Positions 51,477 to 64,000 of a stretch of 64,000 nt of DNA are shown piece after piece (position 1 is the stretch's first letter; each line of letters starts with the position of its first letter). The position numbers and the translations under genes are program-made. Source of the DNA: an uncultured Acidobacteriota bacterium (GTDB lineage: Bacteria; Acidobacteriota; Blastocatellia; RBC074). The notes under the pieces are model-generated. The model saw nothing but the letters and a program-made list of their open reading frames with translations. It did not search any database and was not told the origin of the DNA. The stretch spans positions 2,240,001 to 2,304,000 of the forward strand of contig CAWCKY010000006.1 of the NCBI GenBank assembly GCA_963796275.1, written 5' to 3'.

Positions 51477-52292
51477 ATGATGAAACCCATACGCACCTTG
51501 ATCGTTGATGATGAAGTTCTGGCGCGCCGGCGCATCCGCAACCTGTTAAGGGGCAGAGTCGAGTTTGCGGTCATCGGAGAATGCGCCAACGGACACGAAG
51601 CTTTGAACTCTATCAGGCGACAGGCGCCCGACCTCGTCTTCCTCGACGTCCAGATGCCCGATCTCGACGGTTTCGGGGTGCTCGAAGAGCTGGCCCCCGA
51701 CCGGTTACCGGTCGTCATCTTTGTGACAGCCTACGACCAGTATGCGGTAAGGGCGTTCGAATTCCACGCGCTCGATTATTTGCTCAAACCATTTGACGAT
51801 GAGCGCTTTGAAAAAACGCTGGGGTGGGCGCAGATGCAGCTCGAACAGCAGCAGTTCCGCCAACTCAGTGAACGTCTGTTCGCCCTGCTCGCGGATCATC
51901 AGGGCAGGCCGTCATCCGGAGCAGTGAAGAGTTCAATCGCGCCGGCCGAGTCCAAGCCGATTGCTCGCCTGATCGTCAAGTCCGCCGGGCGCGTGCTTTT
52001 CATCCGGACCGAAGAGATCGACTGGATCGAGGCTGAAGGTTATTACGCGCGATTGCATGTCGGAGGCAAATCGCATTTACTGCGCGAAACGTTGACCAAC
52101 CTCGAATCGCAGCTCGATCAAAATCGTTTCCTGCGAATTCACCGTTCAACCATAGTCAATCTGGAACGTATCCGCGAACTGCAGACGCAGTCTCACGGCG
52201 AGTTAACGGTCGTGCTCAACGACGGCAAACACCTAAAACTGAGCCGCGGTTACCGCGACCGGCTGACGACGATGCTCGGCCAGCAGTTCTGA
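51477..52292 (+). CDS. LytTR family response regulator
   Basis: IVDDE, FLDVQMP, DYLLKP, FLRIHRSTIVN. Confidence 0.93.
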   Translation: MMKPIRTLIVDDEVLARRRIRNLLRGRVEFAVIGECANGHEALNSIRRQAPDLVFLDVQMPDLDGFGVLEELAPDRLPVVIFVTAYDQYAVRAFEFHALDYLLKPFDDERFEKTLGWAQMQLEQQQFRQLSERLFALLADHQGRPSSGAVKSSIAPAESKPIARLIVKSAGRVLFIRTEEIDWIEAEGYYARLHVGGKSHLLRETLTNLESQLDQNRFLRIHRSTIVNLERIRELQTQSHGELTVVLNDGKHLKLSRGYRDRLTTMLGQQF

Positions 52293-52297
52293 TCCTG

Positions 52298-52353
52298 CAC
52301 TTCATAGACACAAGATACCGGCTCGCTGCAAATTCCCGACACCTCGCTTCAAA
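52298..52353 (+). promoter_or_regulatory. putative LytTR direct-repeat binding sites
   Basis: CTCGCTGCAAA (52322) and CTCGCTTCAAA (52343) 21 bp apart; weaker CACTTCAT another 21 bp upstream. Confidence 0.5.
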
Positions 52354-52455
52354 CTCGCATCTTCTCCCATTCTCTAGTCGTAACCAGCGCAGAAGGCCAG
52401 CGCGCCTTCATCACGCACACTCATCTCTAACATGACGCAACACAGGAGGACGTCA

Positions 52456-54258
52456 ATGCGCACACTTTTCTCTGCCTTCCGCGCCGCGGCTGCTGTTGTA
52501 CTGATGGCCATCGCGGTTATATCTGCCTCATCTCAGGGCGACGAGCAGCGCCTGGCTGAAGCGAAAGCTCAGACTCTCGTCTATCTTCGCTACTTTAAAT
52601 TCGAGTCGAAGTTTTCAGCAAAAGAGATCGACCGTCTGGCTGACCTGCGGGTGAAGGTCCACTCGCCATCGACAAGCCTCGAAGACCGCCAGGCAGCGCT
52701 CAAGGAGTTTGTGATGATGTTGTTCCAAGCTGCCGGGACGAAACCGATGCCGCCCGAAATGGCGGTGGAAAACTTCGCGAAGAACTTCGGACAGGACTTG
52801 CACCGGCTGGTTAATGATTCGGGGGCGAAACCGCCTGGCGGCACGACCCCTCTCGGGAATCTGGGCGCGGTCGAAAAACGCGGGCGTGGACCCATCCCGA
52901 TGATATTGATTGCCGACATCAAGACTGACCGGTCACTCTATCGAACCTTTATGGATCGCAACGCTGATCGCTATACGATGTATGCCGTGACGCTGCCAGG
53001 CTACGGTGGCACGCCAGCGCCGCCCCGCCCGGAGACGCTCGATTTGAAGTCGACGCCGTGGTGGGACGGCGCTGAAAAGGGCGTCATCAATCTGATCGAG
53101 AAGAACAGGCTTAACAAGCCCGTAGTTGTTGGGATGGCCACGAGCTCCCACCTCGCCATTCGTTTGGCCGTCAATCGGCCGGACAGGATTCGCGCCGCGG
53201 TCGTAATTGGTGGGAACATATACTCCACCTTCAGATCGCTGGCCAACCCGGATTACCCGGCCACTTTGGAGGAGCGCCCCGATGTATTGATGAAGCAGCC
53301 GGGCGCGATCGGAATGATCTCTGAATTTTTGCCGGCGCTAATGCCCTCACGCGAATCGGCCGAAGCGAGAATCAAAGCTCTGCCACCGGCGCAACTTTCT
53401 GAATTCGCCGCCAGGGTCCACGAGATCGAGCGCGCCCGAACATTGGCCGTCGATGATGCCGTTTCTTCCGATCCGCGCGCGTACCTTTACAACGTCGAAA
53501 TGTTTGCGAGCGATTTATCATTAGCATTGAAGAATCTCAAGGTCCCATTGCTGGCCATCCCGGCTATCCACGACGACAGCTCCCCCGGCCAGGCCGGACC
53601 TGCTCCCTCACAGTGGTACGAGGCGAAAATGAAGTACCCGGCGATTCCGCTAACCGTAGTGCCCTTCGAAAACGCCCGCACATATGTCACCGAAGATGCG
53701 CCGCAGGAGCTGGACAGGGAGATCGAATCCTTTCTGGCCGGCAAACCTGCGAATGGTCGAAGAGGATTAGCCATGGCGACCAGGCCAAGTCCCCGCGGAG
53801 AAGTCGGCGGGCAGATCGGGGCACTTAAGGTCTCAATCACCTACGGCCGCCCGCAGGTCAAGAAACGGCAGATCTGGGGGCAACTAGTGCCATACAATAG
53901 GCTCTGGCGCACCGGAGCCAATGAGGCGACTTATATTACCTTCAGTAACGACGTGCTTATCGAAGGTCAAAAGCTGGGTGCGGGCTCGTACGCTCTTTTC
54001 ACTATTCCGACGGAAACCGAATGGACTGTTATCTTCAATCGGGTGCCAGGCTTGTGGGGGCATTTTTTTTACAACCCCGACTTCGATGCGCTGCGTGTCA
54101 AAGTCAAGCCGCAAACCGCCGAGCATGAGGAGTGGCTGAGTTACAGCTTCGAGATGCTTTCTCCGAGCTCAGCAAATGTCGTCGTTCGCTGGGAAAAGAT
54201 AAAAACGGCGATTAAGGTGGAGGCCGAGCCTCCAAAGGCTGCCGCATCTGGTAATTGA
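52456..54258 (+). CDS. exported alpha/beta-hydrolase-fold + DUF2911 fusion protein
   Basis: AGGAGG RBS, signal peptide, GRGPIPMILI, TLPGYGG; C-terminal RPSP..ITYGRP..WRTGANEAT..VRWE. Confidence 0.8.
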   Translation: MRTLFSAFRAAAAVVLMAIAVISASSQGDEQRLAEAKAQTLVYLRYFKFESKFSAKEIDRLADLRVKVHSPSTSLEDRQAALKEFVMMLFQAAGTKPMPPEMAVENFAKNFGQDLHRLVNDSGAKPPGGTTPLGNLGAVEKRGRGPIPMILIADIKTDRSLYRTFMDRNADRYTMYAVTLPGYGGTPAPPRPETLDLKSTPWWDGAEKGVINLIEKNRLNKPVVVGMATSSHLAIRLAVNRPDRIRAAVVIGGNIYSTFRSLANPDYPATLEERPDVLMKQPGAIGMISEFLPALMPSRESAEARIKALPPAQLSEFAARVHEIERARTLAVDDAVSSDPRAYLYNVEMFASDLSLALKNLKVPLLAIPAIHDDSSPGQAGPAPSQWYEAKMKYPAIPLTVVPFENARTYVTEDAPQELDREIESFLAGKPANGRRGLAMATRPSPRGEVGGQIGALKVSITYGRPQVKKRQIWGQLVPYNRLWRTGANEATYITFSNDVLIEGQKLGAGSYALFTIPTETEWTVIFNRVPGLWGHFFYNPDFDALRVKVKPQTAEHEEWLSYSFEMLSPSSANVVVRWEKIKTAIKVEAEPPKAAASGN

Positions 54259-54282
54259 GCCCTTGGGTCATAGGAGAATGAT

Positions 54283-54322
54283 GCGCGGGGAAATCCGGGC
54301 GAGTTAATCGCCCTCCCCGCGC
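54283..54322. terminator. hairpin between convergent genes
   Basis: GCGCGGGGA...TCCCCGCGC. Confidence 0.5.
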
Positions 54323-54408
54323 TTCACTCGAAAAGTGGGTGATTCATCGCGGCGAACAGCTTCGCTGCGTGGATGGGTATTGGCTGATTCCGCCAAGGCG
54401 GCCATCAA

Positions 54409-57063
54409 TTACTCAAAGCGCAAAATCGTCAGGGGGTCCACCTTCGTCACGCGCCGGGCTGGAAAATAGCAGGCCAAGAGCGCCACCACCGCGAGCAACA
54501 ACCCAGCGACGACCCACGTCACCGTATCCGTCGGGCTTGTATCGTAGAGCAAGCTCGCCAATACGCGCGTAAGCGCGAGTGCCGCGCCCCAACCGAGAGC
54601 GAGTCCAACCAGGACGATGAGCATCGTTTTTCCGATCACAAGCTTCAGCAGATCGCCCGGTGATGCACCAAGAGCCAGGCGAATGGCCATTTCACGCACT
54701 CTTTGCGCCACGGAATAGGAGACAACGCCGTATATCCCGACGGCAGCCAGCAACAGCGCGATGCCAGCGAAGATGGCCAACAGCACAGTGCGAAGCCGGG
54801 CTGGCGCTACCGATTGTGACTTGATTTCTTCCAAGGTTTCAATGTTCGTCACCGCCTGATTCTTATTCACTTTCCAGATTGCTTGTTCGATCGATCCGCT
54901 TAAGAGCAACGGATCCAAGGCGGTACGAACTACCAGGCTATTGGCGGTGGAGGGATTTTGATAGAACGTGACGTAGACGACCGGAAGGTCCGCGGCGAGA
55001 CTCCTGCCGACTTTCTCGTCCGATACCACGCCCACTACCTGCCAGGGGATTTCCGGGCCTCGACCAAACTTCCCGAACACGAGCTGCCGAATCAAGATGC
55101 GCTTATCGATGGGATCATCGCCTTGGAAGTGAGTCTTCGCCATAGTTTCATTGATCACGGTAACAGGCACGGTGCCGGCAACATCGCTCTCATCAAGTCT
55201 GCGCCCCTTCAACAATCTCATGCCAACCGTATCAAAATATGACGGCCCTACCACCTTGAACCCTGAGACAGGGCGCTGGGGGTAGGGAAGATACTCCCGC
55301 CCCTCGATCTGGAAGGGGGCGAAGCCAAGGCCTTTCATCGGCGGTCCCTCAGTGATGGCGATGTCCTGCACGCCGGGCACGCTTCTGACCTTCTGGGTCA
55401 CTTCCCTAAGGTAGTTCGTCAGTGTCGCGCCGTTCGTGAATTCTGTCCGCGGAATTGGAAGATCCATTGCAAGAACATTGGTTGTATCCACGCCCGGGTC
55501 GAGGCTTGCAAGCTTGTTGAAGCTTCGGATCAGAAGGCTGGCGCCCACGAGCAATACAAATGACAGCGCCACTTCGGCAACCACCAGGGCTGTCCTCATC
55601 CGATGCTGTGTGAGCCCGGCAGTCGTTCGCCCACTCTCCTTCAGCGATCTGGCAAGATCGGGCCGCGTGCCGCTGAGCGCTGGCGCCAGGCCGAAAAGGA
55701 TTCCCGTGAGGATTCCGATAGTCATCGTGAAAAGCAACACGCCGTAGTCCATACGGACGTTCGCTTCCGGTGGCAGCATGTCAGGCGGCAACCACCGGTT
55801 CATTCCGCGCATTAATGCATTGCCCAGCGCGAGGCCCGCCACGCCACCGAGGATTCCGAGAAATATGCTTTCCGTAAGCAACTGCCGGATCAGACGGAGA
55901 CGGCGCGCGCCCAATGCTGAACGAATAGCGATCTCGCGTTCGCGGTCCGTACCCCGCGCCAGGGTCAGATTGGCGACATTGGCGCACCCGATCAGCAGCA
56001 CGGCTCCCACCGCTGTGAGCAGCACCCAGAGGTAGCGGCGGAGCTCTGGCTTAACCACCTGATCGATATAAGGATCGACCGTTACGCCCCAACCCTTTTT
56101 CGAATCCGGGTACAGGGCAGCAATGCGCGCTCCAATCGTGTCCATTTGGTCGCGGGCCTGCTTCAGAGTGACGCCGGGCTCAAGGCGAGCAATGGCATTA
56201 AGCCAGTGAAAATTGCGAGTCATGTTCGCGGGGGTGAAAGCAAGAGGCAGCCACATAACGGCCCCGGTTCGGTCAAACGTACTGTTCGCCGGAAGCACGC
56301 CGATGATGGTGTAACTTTTTGCATCCAACGTGATCTTGCGGCCGATAACTTCGGAGTCGCCGCCAAACCGGCTCCGCCAAATGCGGTTCGACAGCACTAC
56401 TGCCAGATCGTTGCCAACCTCGTTTTCGCTTGCGGCAAAGGTGCGTCCCAGCGTCGCCTCCACATCAAGCGCCTTGAAATACGATGCCGAGACTCTGTGA
56501 ACATTAAGCTGCTCGGGGCTGCCCGAGCCGGTCAAGGTCACCGTGTCCTCGGTGATGGCTGAGAGAAATTGAAAACAACGATTCTGCCGCTTCCAGTCGA
56601 GGAAGTTCAGAGTGGAAATGTAGTTGCTACCTCCGTCCGGACGCTTTTCCCACACGCTGACGATTCGCTCCGGATCTGGATAGGGGAGAGGCTTGAGTAA
56701 TACGGCATTCACAAAACTGAAAATCGCCGCATTGGCGCCGATGCCGAGCGCGAGCGTAGTAACAGTGACTAGCGTGAAGCCGGGGTTCCTCATCAACATT
56801 CGCGCGCCGTAGCGCAGGTCTTGCCATAGCGTTTCTAGCCACCCTCCGCCACGAATGTCATAGCCGAGTTCAGTGTTCCTGACCGGGTCGCCGAAACTTT
56901 TCAGAGCGGCGGCTCGCGCCTCGTCGGGCGGCATCCCGCGCTTGATATTCGTCTCCGTCTCCATCTCGACGTGGATGCGCAATTCTTCTTCAATGTCTTG
57001 CAAGGCGCTTTCGCGCCGAAACAAGGCGCGCAGCCGCGCCCTGAGAATGTTGAACCATTCCAT
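54409..57063 (-). CDS. ADOP-family duplicated ABC permease
   Basis: [10 protein letters not shown] prefix domain, [32 protein letters not shown]. Confidence 0.93.
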   Translation of the reverse strand: MEWFNILRARLRALFRRESALQDIEEELRIHVEMETETNIKRGMPPDEARAAALKSFGDPVRNTELGYDIRGGGWLETLWQDLRYGARMLMRNPGFTLVTVTTLALGIGANAAIFSFVNAVLLKPLPYPDPERIVSVWEKRPDGGSNYISTLNFLDWKRQNRCFQFLSAITEDTVTLTGSGSPEQLNVHRVSASYFKALDVEATLGRTFAASENEVGNDLAVVLSNRIWRSRFGGDSEVIGRKITLDAKSYTIIGVLPANSTFDRTGAVMWLPLAFTPANMTRNFHWLNAIARLEPGVTLKQARDQMDTIGARIAALYPDSKKGWGVTVDPYIDQVVKPELRRYLWVLLTAVGAVLLIGCANVANLTLARGTDREREIAIRSALGARRLRLIRQLLTESIFLGILGGVAGLALGNALMRGMNRWLPPDMLPPEANVRMDYGVLLFTMTIGILTGILFGLAPALSGTRPDLARSLKESGRTTAGLTQHRMRTALVVAEVALSFVLLVGASLLIRSFNKLASLDPGVDTTNVLAMDLPIPRTEFTNGATLTNYLREVTQKVRSVPGVQDIAITEGPPMKGLGFAPFQIEGREYLPYPQRPVSGFKVVGPSYFDTVGMRLLKGRRLDESDVAGTVPVTVINETMAKTHFQGDDPIDKRILIRQLVFGKFGRGPEIPWQVVGVVSDEKVGRSLAADLPVVYVTFYQNPSTANSLVVRTALDPLLLSGSIEQAIWKVNKNQAVTNIETLEEIKSQSVAPARLRTVLLAIFAGIALLLAAVGIYGVVSYSVAQRVREMAIRLALGASPGDLLKLVIGKTMLIVLVGLALGWGAALALTRVLASLLYDTSPTDTVTWVVAGLLLAVVALLACYFPARRVTKVDPLTILRFE

Positions 57064-57075
57064 AATTGGGCCTCC

Positions 57076-57419
<344 letters not shown>

Positions 57420-57444
57420 ATATCCGTTTTTCTTATCGGTCACA

Positions 57445-57491
57445 CTAAGAATTTCTAGGTATAGTGTAGGCAAGGAGGCCTAGAATGTCAA
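57445..57491 (-). promoter_or_regulatory. sigma70 promoter with putative PadR operator
   Basis: Minus strand TTGACA-N17-TACACT; imperfect dyad CCTAGAAATTCTTAG downstream and a TTCTAGG half-site in the spacer. Confidence 0.6.
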
Positions 57492-57671
57492 TGCATGGCC
57501 CGCGAGGCTGACTGTAAAAACTAGGCGACGGATTTGTGCGCGCCGCATAGGGGCAATACCCAATATATGCCAGCAACAACTGTGCGGCCTGAAGCCTAAC
57601 CATCGCGCTCGGTTCAAAACGCGATAGTAGTTTTGAAAATGCGCCTTTTCGCTATTATGGATTTACCGGCA

Positions 57672-59234
57672 TTAATTGATATGTCGAGTTTTCCCCTCCC
57701 AAAAGGGAGCGCGCAATTCAGTCTTGAGAATTTTCCCCACACCGCTGAGCGGGAGAGGTGTATGGCGAATGTCAACGCTGCGTGGACAATTATACCCGGC
57801 AATGCGTCCCTTGCAGAATGACAATATCTCCGCTTCCGTCACCTGCTGATCCTCCCTGCAAACCACCACTGCGTGAATCGCCTCCCCCCATTCCTCGCTT
57901 GGAATTCCGATGACAGCACACATAGTAACGGCAGGATGCTGGTAGAGTATGTTCTCGACTTCGACCGAGTAGACGTTCTCGCCGCCAGTGATAATCATGT
58001 CTTTGACGCGGTCCACGATGTAGACAAAGCCATCCTCATCCATATAACCGGCATCGCCCGTATGCATCCAGTCATTCCGCAGTGCCTGGGCCGTCTCTGC
58101 CGGCTTGTTCCAGTACCCGCGCATCACCTGTGACCCGCGGGTGACGATCTCCCCTACCGTGCCCAATGGCACCTCATGATCAAGTTCGTCAACGATTTTC
58201 ACTTCGAAGCTCGGAGCCGCCTGACCCGCTGAAGCGGTTTTGCCTGCGCACTGGCCCGTGAAGGTATGGTATTTCGGTGCGAGCAAAGTGATGAGCGCAG
58301 CGGTTTCGGTCATTCCGTAACCTTGCATGAACTCGCAGCCGGAAAAAACCTGCATCGCCCTGGCTAACAATGCTTCCGGCATGGGGGAGGCCCCGTAGAC
58401 AATGGTGCGCAGGCTGGAAAGATCATAGGTTTCCACGTCTGAGAAGTTGACAAGCATGTTGATCATCGTCGGCACCAGCGTCAGGTGAGTAATTCTGTGC
58501 TCCTCGATGATTTTAAGCATTGCTTCGACGTCGAACCGGCGGAGGAATACGTGAGTGCCTGCCCTAAGGGTGTGAGTACAGTTTCCCAGGCAGTCCGCCA
58601 GGTGGAACATCGGCGCTGCATGCAAATATACCGGGCGATCGCGCTTGTTATCCATGCTGGCCAGCGCGTTAAGAGAGCTGTTGATTAGGTTATCGTGCGT
58701 CAGCATGACACCTTTTGCAATACCGGTTGTCCCACCTGTATAGAAGATGCCCGCGACTTGATGACCGCCACGTTCAATGTCAGGCGCTGCTTGAGCATCG
58801 GTGAGACGCTCTTCGTAGTTGACCGTCCCCTCGGGAGTGAGACCCTCGCCAGCAAATACGATGTGATCGACCGCGGCCAAGTTACCGCGGAAGGCGGGGA
58901 GCATTGCCTGGAAGGCGTCATCGACGATCAGAATTTTCGCGCCGGAGTCGTTGAGCATATAGATCAGTTCTGCCGGAGTAAGACGGATGTTGAGAGGAAC
59001 CACGATTCCTCCGGCCCAGGGTACCGCAAAGAAATATTCCAGATATCGGTCGCTGTTGAGGGCAAGCATGGCGACGCGGTCTCCCTCGCAGAGACCGAAT
59101 TCTTGAAAGACACCGGCCAGTTTGGCCACGCGCTCGGCGAACTCCGCCCACGTACGGTGCCTTGTTCCGTCGATAGTCGCGATGTCGTTACGGTGTATTT
59201 GCACGGCACGTTTGAGCATCTGGGTAATGTACAT
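57672..59234 (-). CDS. long-chain fatty-acid--CoA ligase (AMP-binding)
   Basis: YTGGTTGIAKG, YGMTE, TGD, DRVKDMIITGGENV, GKILK. Confidence 0.92.
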   Translation of the reverse strand: MYITQMLKRAVQIHRNDIATIDGTRHRTWAEFAERVAKLAGVFQEFGLCEGDRVAMLALNSDRYLEYFFAVPWAGGIVVPLNIRLTPAELIYMLNDSGAKILIVDDAFQAMLPAFRGNLAAVDHIVFAGEGLTPEGTVNYEERLTDAQAAPDIERGGHQVAGIFYTGGTTGIAKGVMLTHDNLINSSLNALASMDNKRDRPVYLHAAPMFHLADCLGNCTHTLRAGTHVFLRRFDVEAMLKIIEEHRITHLTLVPTMINMLVNFSDVETYDLSSLRTIVYGASPMPEALLARAMQVFSGCEFMQGYGMTETAALITLLAPKYHTFTGQCAGKTASAGQAAPSFEVKIVDELDHEVPLGTVGEIVTRGSQVMRGYWNKPAETAQALRNDWMHTGDAGYMDEDGFVYIVDRVKDMIITGGENVYSVEVENILYQHPAVTMCAVIGIPSEEWGEAIHAVVVCREDQQVTEAEILSFCKGRIAGYNCPRSVDIRHTPLPLSGVGKILKTELRAPFWEGKTRHIN

Positions 59235-59534
59235 CGGATCTCCTCCTTGGCATCTTGCCATCAAGGTACTACGAGACCTGTCGAAATTCCACAGTCGCCT
59301 GAAGGCAAATTATGACCCACTTCTAGAACGATCAGGTAGAAATTATTAACATTCAGGTTCTTAGTAACTATCTCAAATAGTAAAAGACCTGCGATATGTT
59401 GTGGTTAGCAAGATGTGCTGAAATCCTTATGACCTGTCGGCATCAGCCTTATCCTTTGGTTGATGAGACTCGAGACGAAACGGCCGATGGCGACAGTGCA
59501 AGGATCCGACCATTTGGGGAATTACGCATGCACT

Positions 59535-60281
59535 TCATTTATTTTTGAGTGAATCTACGCGAGCGGAGAGCCGTCCCGAATCGTGACAAGTTAAGCATGT
59601 GATACTGGTGTTGGCGGCAGATTCGGGATTCTTTTTCCATTGCCTGGCGATAGGCTCATACGGAGTGTCGCGCAACACTGCAAGTATTCGGTCGAGGTAT
59701 TGATCCACCTCTTGGGTTCGACCCGTGCGTTGGGCGGATTGAGCGAGACCACCGAGAAGTTCGCCCCTTAGATGCACAGGAAGCTTCTCTACGGCGGGAG
59801 CCTGCTGTTTCCAAAGCAGTTGGTAGGAGTCATATGCTTGTGACCAGGCTGCAGCGCGACTTTCCTTTGGCAGTCGGTCGGCCAAGACTACGTAAGTGCC
59901 TCCGGTAATTGCAGCGACTCCACCACTTTGCGGCGCGAGTTCTTTGGCCTGAGAAAAAAGCTCGAGCGATTTGCGATAATGTTGCTGAAACTCAGTCTCG
60001 CGTTGATTCTCGTGGGCGCGCACGGCGCGGTAAAGGGTTGCAGTTCCACTCCAGGCCAGCAAATTGGCTTTTTCTGGCGGGCGTTTTTCGAGCAGCAGTT
60101 GAATGCTCTTTTCTCCTCTCGCGAGACGCTCCATATCATCGGCCAGGAGACCGGCGAAGATATCCTCTCGAACAAGGGTATGAACAGAAAGTCGAGTGTC
60201 GGACAGCTGTGGTTCCGGCGACTGGGCCGCTGCTGTAATCAAGAGCGCAAATACAAGCAAAAATCTGTTGATAACAAACAT
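59535..60281 (-). CDS. exported helical hypothetical protein with C-terminal CxxCH
   Basis: GAGGAGG RBS, signal peptide, CLTCH near the C-terminus. Confidence 0.75.
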   Translation of the reverse strand: MFVINRFLLVFALLITAAAQSPEPQLSDTRLSVHTLVREDIFAGLLADDMERLARGEKSIQLLLEKRPPEKANLLAWSGTATLYRAVRAHENQRETEFQQHYRKSLELFSQAKELAPQSGGVAAITGGTYVVLADRLPKESRAAAWSQAYDSYQLLWKQQAPAVEKLPVHLRGELLGGLAQSAQRTGRTQEVDQYLDRILAVLRDTPYEPIARQWKKNPESAANTSITCLTCHDSGRLSARVDSLKNK

Positions 60282-60714
60282 ACTTTGTTCCTCCTCACCA
60301 ATTGCTTACTAAAGGTTCAGGAAGTTTGCCATCATCGAGCAACTTCCACTTTATCTTCATCGTTACTGTTTCTGTATTAGGATGACTTTCTATGTTGGCG
60401 TTGCCTTCAGCATTAATCAGGAACGGTAATTAGGTGCTTTGTGACTGACCCGGATACTCCGGCCGTTGGCCTAAGGCGTCACGAAGTATACTACAGCATA
60501 AGATGTAGCTCGCGGATATTTTCTCGCTAGAGCTATAAATATTCAGCGCCGTTGGCGCCTCGGGATGCCTAACTCAAAACCACCGATGCGTTAGCAATGA
60601 ATTGAGATATTCACAATCGTTGATCTTGCCTCGAGTTATTAACTGATTAACCACATCCTCGGCTTTTACTGCGGTTTTCTGATGAATATGTAAGTTTGAG
60701 GATTGCGGAGCACT

Positions 60715-60748
60715 TTGGAGTGCGGTTGCTCGCTCGCAACCGCTTTGG
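60715..60748. repeat. REP-like hairpin
   Basis: TTGGAGT-GCGGTTGC-TCGCTC-GCAACCGC-TTTGG, intergenic. Confidence 0.5.
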
Positions 60749-61057
60749 TAGTCAATTCGTTTATCCTTGACTTCGCTGAAACTCGCCCCATGGCCTTCCG
60801 AGAGATAGTTGATTCGCACTGGCTGGCTTTTCTTCATAAGACAGAACATCCTGATCGAATTTTACCAGGAGCCCCGCGTAAAAAAATTGCCACTCAGAAT
60901 GAACCGTTTCCCAGTGCTATAAATGCGGTGGGATGGCGAAAGGATACATTCATTGAAGCAGAAGAAATGCGTGCCATTTGAAGGGGACGTGGTATCGGCG
61001 GCGGTGGCAAAAGCTGAATGTTTCCTCCGCGCTCACTTATGAATGACAGACTCTTGC

Positions 61058-62560
<1,503 letters not shown>

Positions 62561-63118
62561 ATTGCGTTCCTCAGCCGGGAAATCATTTCTGCTTCACGGC
62601 CAGCATATCGAACATTCAATTTGACCCCCAGCAGTGCAATTTCATTTTGCTGCCGGCTCAGGTCTATCGACCATGCCCGACGCTCCATGACGTAACTATC
62701 AATAACTATCAATACCTAATAGATAGATACAGAAGACATTTTATCGGGCTTTTGCGAAGTACTTTATTCTGTACCGCATTGCCTGAAGAGGCTTCTGCGC
62801 AGCCGGAATAGTCATCCATTTATGAGATTCGTTTCGCTTGATTCGATGAAGAAGATACTTTATATCAAATGGGGGGAAAGTACATCACATTTGGTCTAAC
62901 ATCCGCCATCAAATGGTTGAAGGTCCTCCATTTATTGGCGCGCAAAGTCCCGTTGTTGAAACTTCAACGGTTGATTCGAGAGAATCACCAACTGAAGCTC
63001 GCTCTTTATACGGGCGTATTACACGCGAGTACCTCAATTCCAACCTGTTTTCTCGTTTTAAGTCGACCAGCGGTTTATAAATCCGACGACAAACAGTCGG
63101 CAATGAGAAAGGAAAGTC

Positions 63119-64000
63119 ATGAAAAGAGCAGCTCTTATTGCTTTGGCGATTGCAGTCGTTTTTGTCGGTGCCCTCAATTTTGATGTTCGTGCTATCCGGG
63201 TACAAGGAGGAACATTCGGCCAGAATATCCTTCACGTGCCTGACGGTGGAAACCTGCAACAGGCCATTGATATCGCCCAGCCGGGCGACACCATCACACT
63301 CGATCCGGGGGCCGTCTACACGGGGAATTTCATTCTCCGGAATAAGACCGGCAAAGCGTTCGTGACCATCACCACGGCGGGAGCAGATCTGCTGGAAGGC
63401 ACCAGGATCACCCCGCTGGAGGCCTCCATGTTCGCCAAGATCGTTGCTCCCAATGATTCGCCGGCCATCTCCACTGAACCCGGCGCGCATCATTACAGGT
63501 TGGCGAACCTGGAACTTTACGCGGCGGCCGGCGTTTATTCGTTCCGCATCGTGGCGCTCGGCTCCGGGTCGGCGACCACGGTCGATGGCCTCGCATCAGA
63601 TATCGAACTCAACCGCCTCTACATACACGGCGATCCCCAGGTGGGAAGCAAGCGCGGAGTTGAGCTGAACAGCGCCTCGACCGTAATAAAGAACTGCTGG
63701 ATTTCTGATTTCAAGAGTGAGTTCCAGGACGCACAGGCGATTTGCAGCATCAATGGGCCGGGCCCGTTCACTATCGTGAACAACTACCTGGAGGGCGGGG
63801 CAGAGAACATTATGTTCGGCGGCGGGATTGCCCAGAGCCCCGATTTGATCCCCTCCGATATCGTCGTCCGCCACAACCACTTGCGAAAGCCGCCGGAGTG
63901 GATGTCGGAAATGAAGCCCAATGGCATCGAACCACGGTGGTGGGTGAAGAATCTCCTCGAATTCAAGAACGGGCGCCGCGCCCTGGTTGAGGAGAACTTG
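63119..64000 (+). CDS. 3'-partial secreted right-handed beta-helix protein (absent from the ORF track because it has no stop in the window)
   Basis: AAAGGA RBS; MKRAALIALAIAVVFVG signal, GNLQQAIDIAQPGDTITL, NGPGPFTIVNNYLEG.AENIMFGG, VKNLLEFKN. Confidence 0.8.
   Translation, partial: MKRAALIALAIAVVFVGALNFDVRAIRVQGGTFGQNILHVPDGGNLQQAIDIAQPGDTITLDPGAVYTGNFILRNKTGKAFVTITTAGADLLEGTRITPLEASMFAKIVAPNDSPAISTEPGAHHYRLANLELYAAAGVYSFRIVALGSGSATTVDGLASDIELNRLYIHGDPQVGSKRGVELNSASTVIKNCWISDFKSEFQDAQAICSINGPGPFTIVNNYLEGGAENIMFGGGIAQSPDLIPSDIVVRHNHLRKPPEWMSEMKPNGIEPRWWVKNLLEFKNGRRALVEENL

Noticed and set aside
60567-60596. GCCTAAC...GTTAGC resembling an integron attC site (also GCCTAAC near 57594)
   Set aside because: Too short, no internal L boxes, no periodic array and no integrase.

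Overview
A 64-kb window of bacterial chromosome, most likely Acidobacteriota (Blastocatellia-like). This is inferred from several PadR/ADOP permease loci, an acidobacterial-type TonB-dependent receptor, a VWA protein, a PQQ-type propeller and REP-like palindromes. It holds about 40 CDSs, mostly secreted hydrolases (2 carboxylesterases, GH10, GH51, amidohydrolase, deacetylase-like, beta-helix), transporters and regulators (BlaI/BlaR1, 2 PadR, MerR, LytS/LytTR). I saw no rRNA, tRNA, CRISPR array or intact transposase. The most notable observations are five. (1) An orphan IS200/IS605 TnpB omegaRNA-like right end whose terminal TCAA supplies the stop codon of a kinase-M23-aminotransferase fusion gene. 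(2) A minus-strand ADOP permease array (19.7-36.8 kb) that decays into several remnants interleaved with plus-strand cargo genes; one gene in it reuses an ADOP N-terminal helix as the anchor of a DUF1080-like domain. (3) An exported alpha/beta-hydrolase-DUF2911 fusion that appears catalytically dead, downstream of LytS/LytTR. (4) A hairpin-rich leader upstream of the TonB-dependent receptor. (5) A frameshift-riddled ABC/M1-aminopeptidase locus. All family assignments come from motif recognition by eye; no database searches were run.
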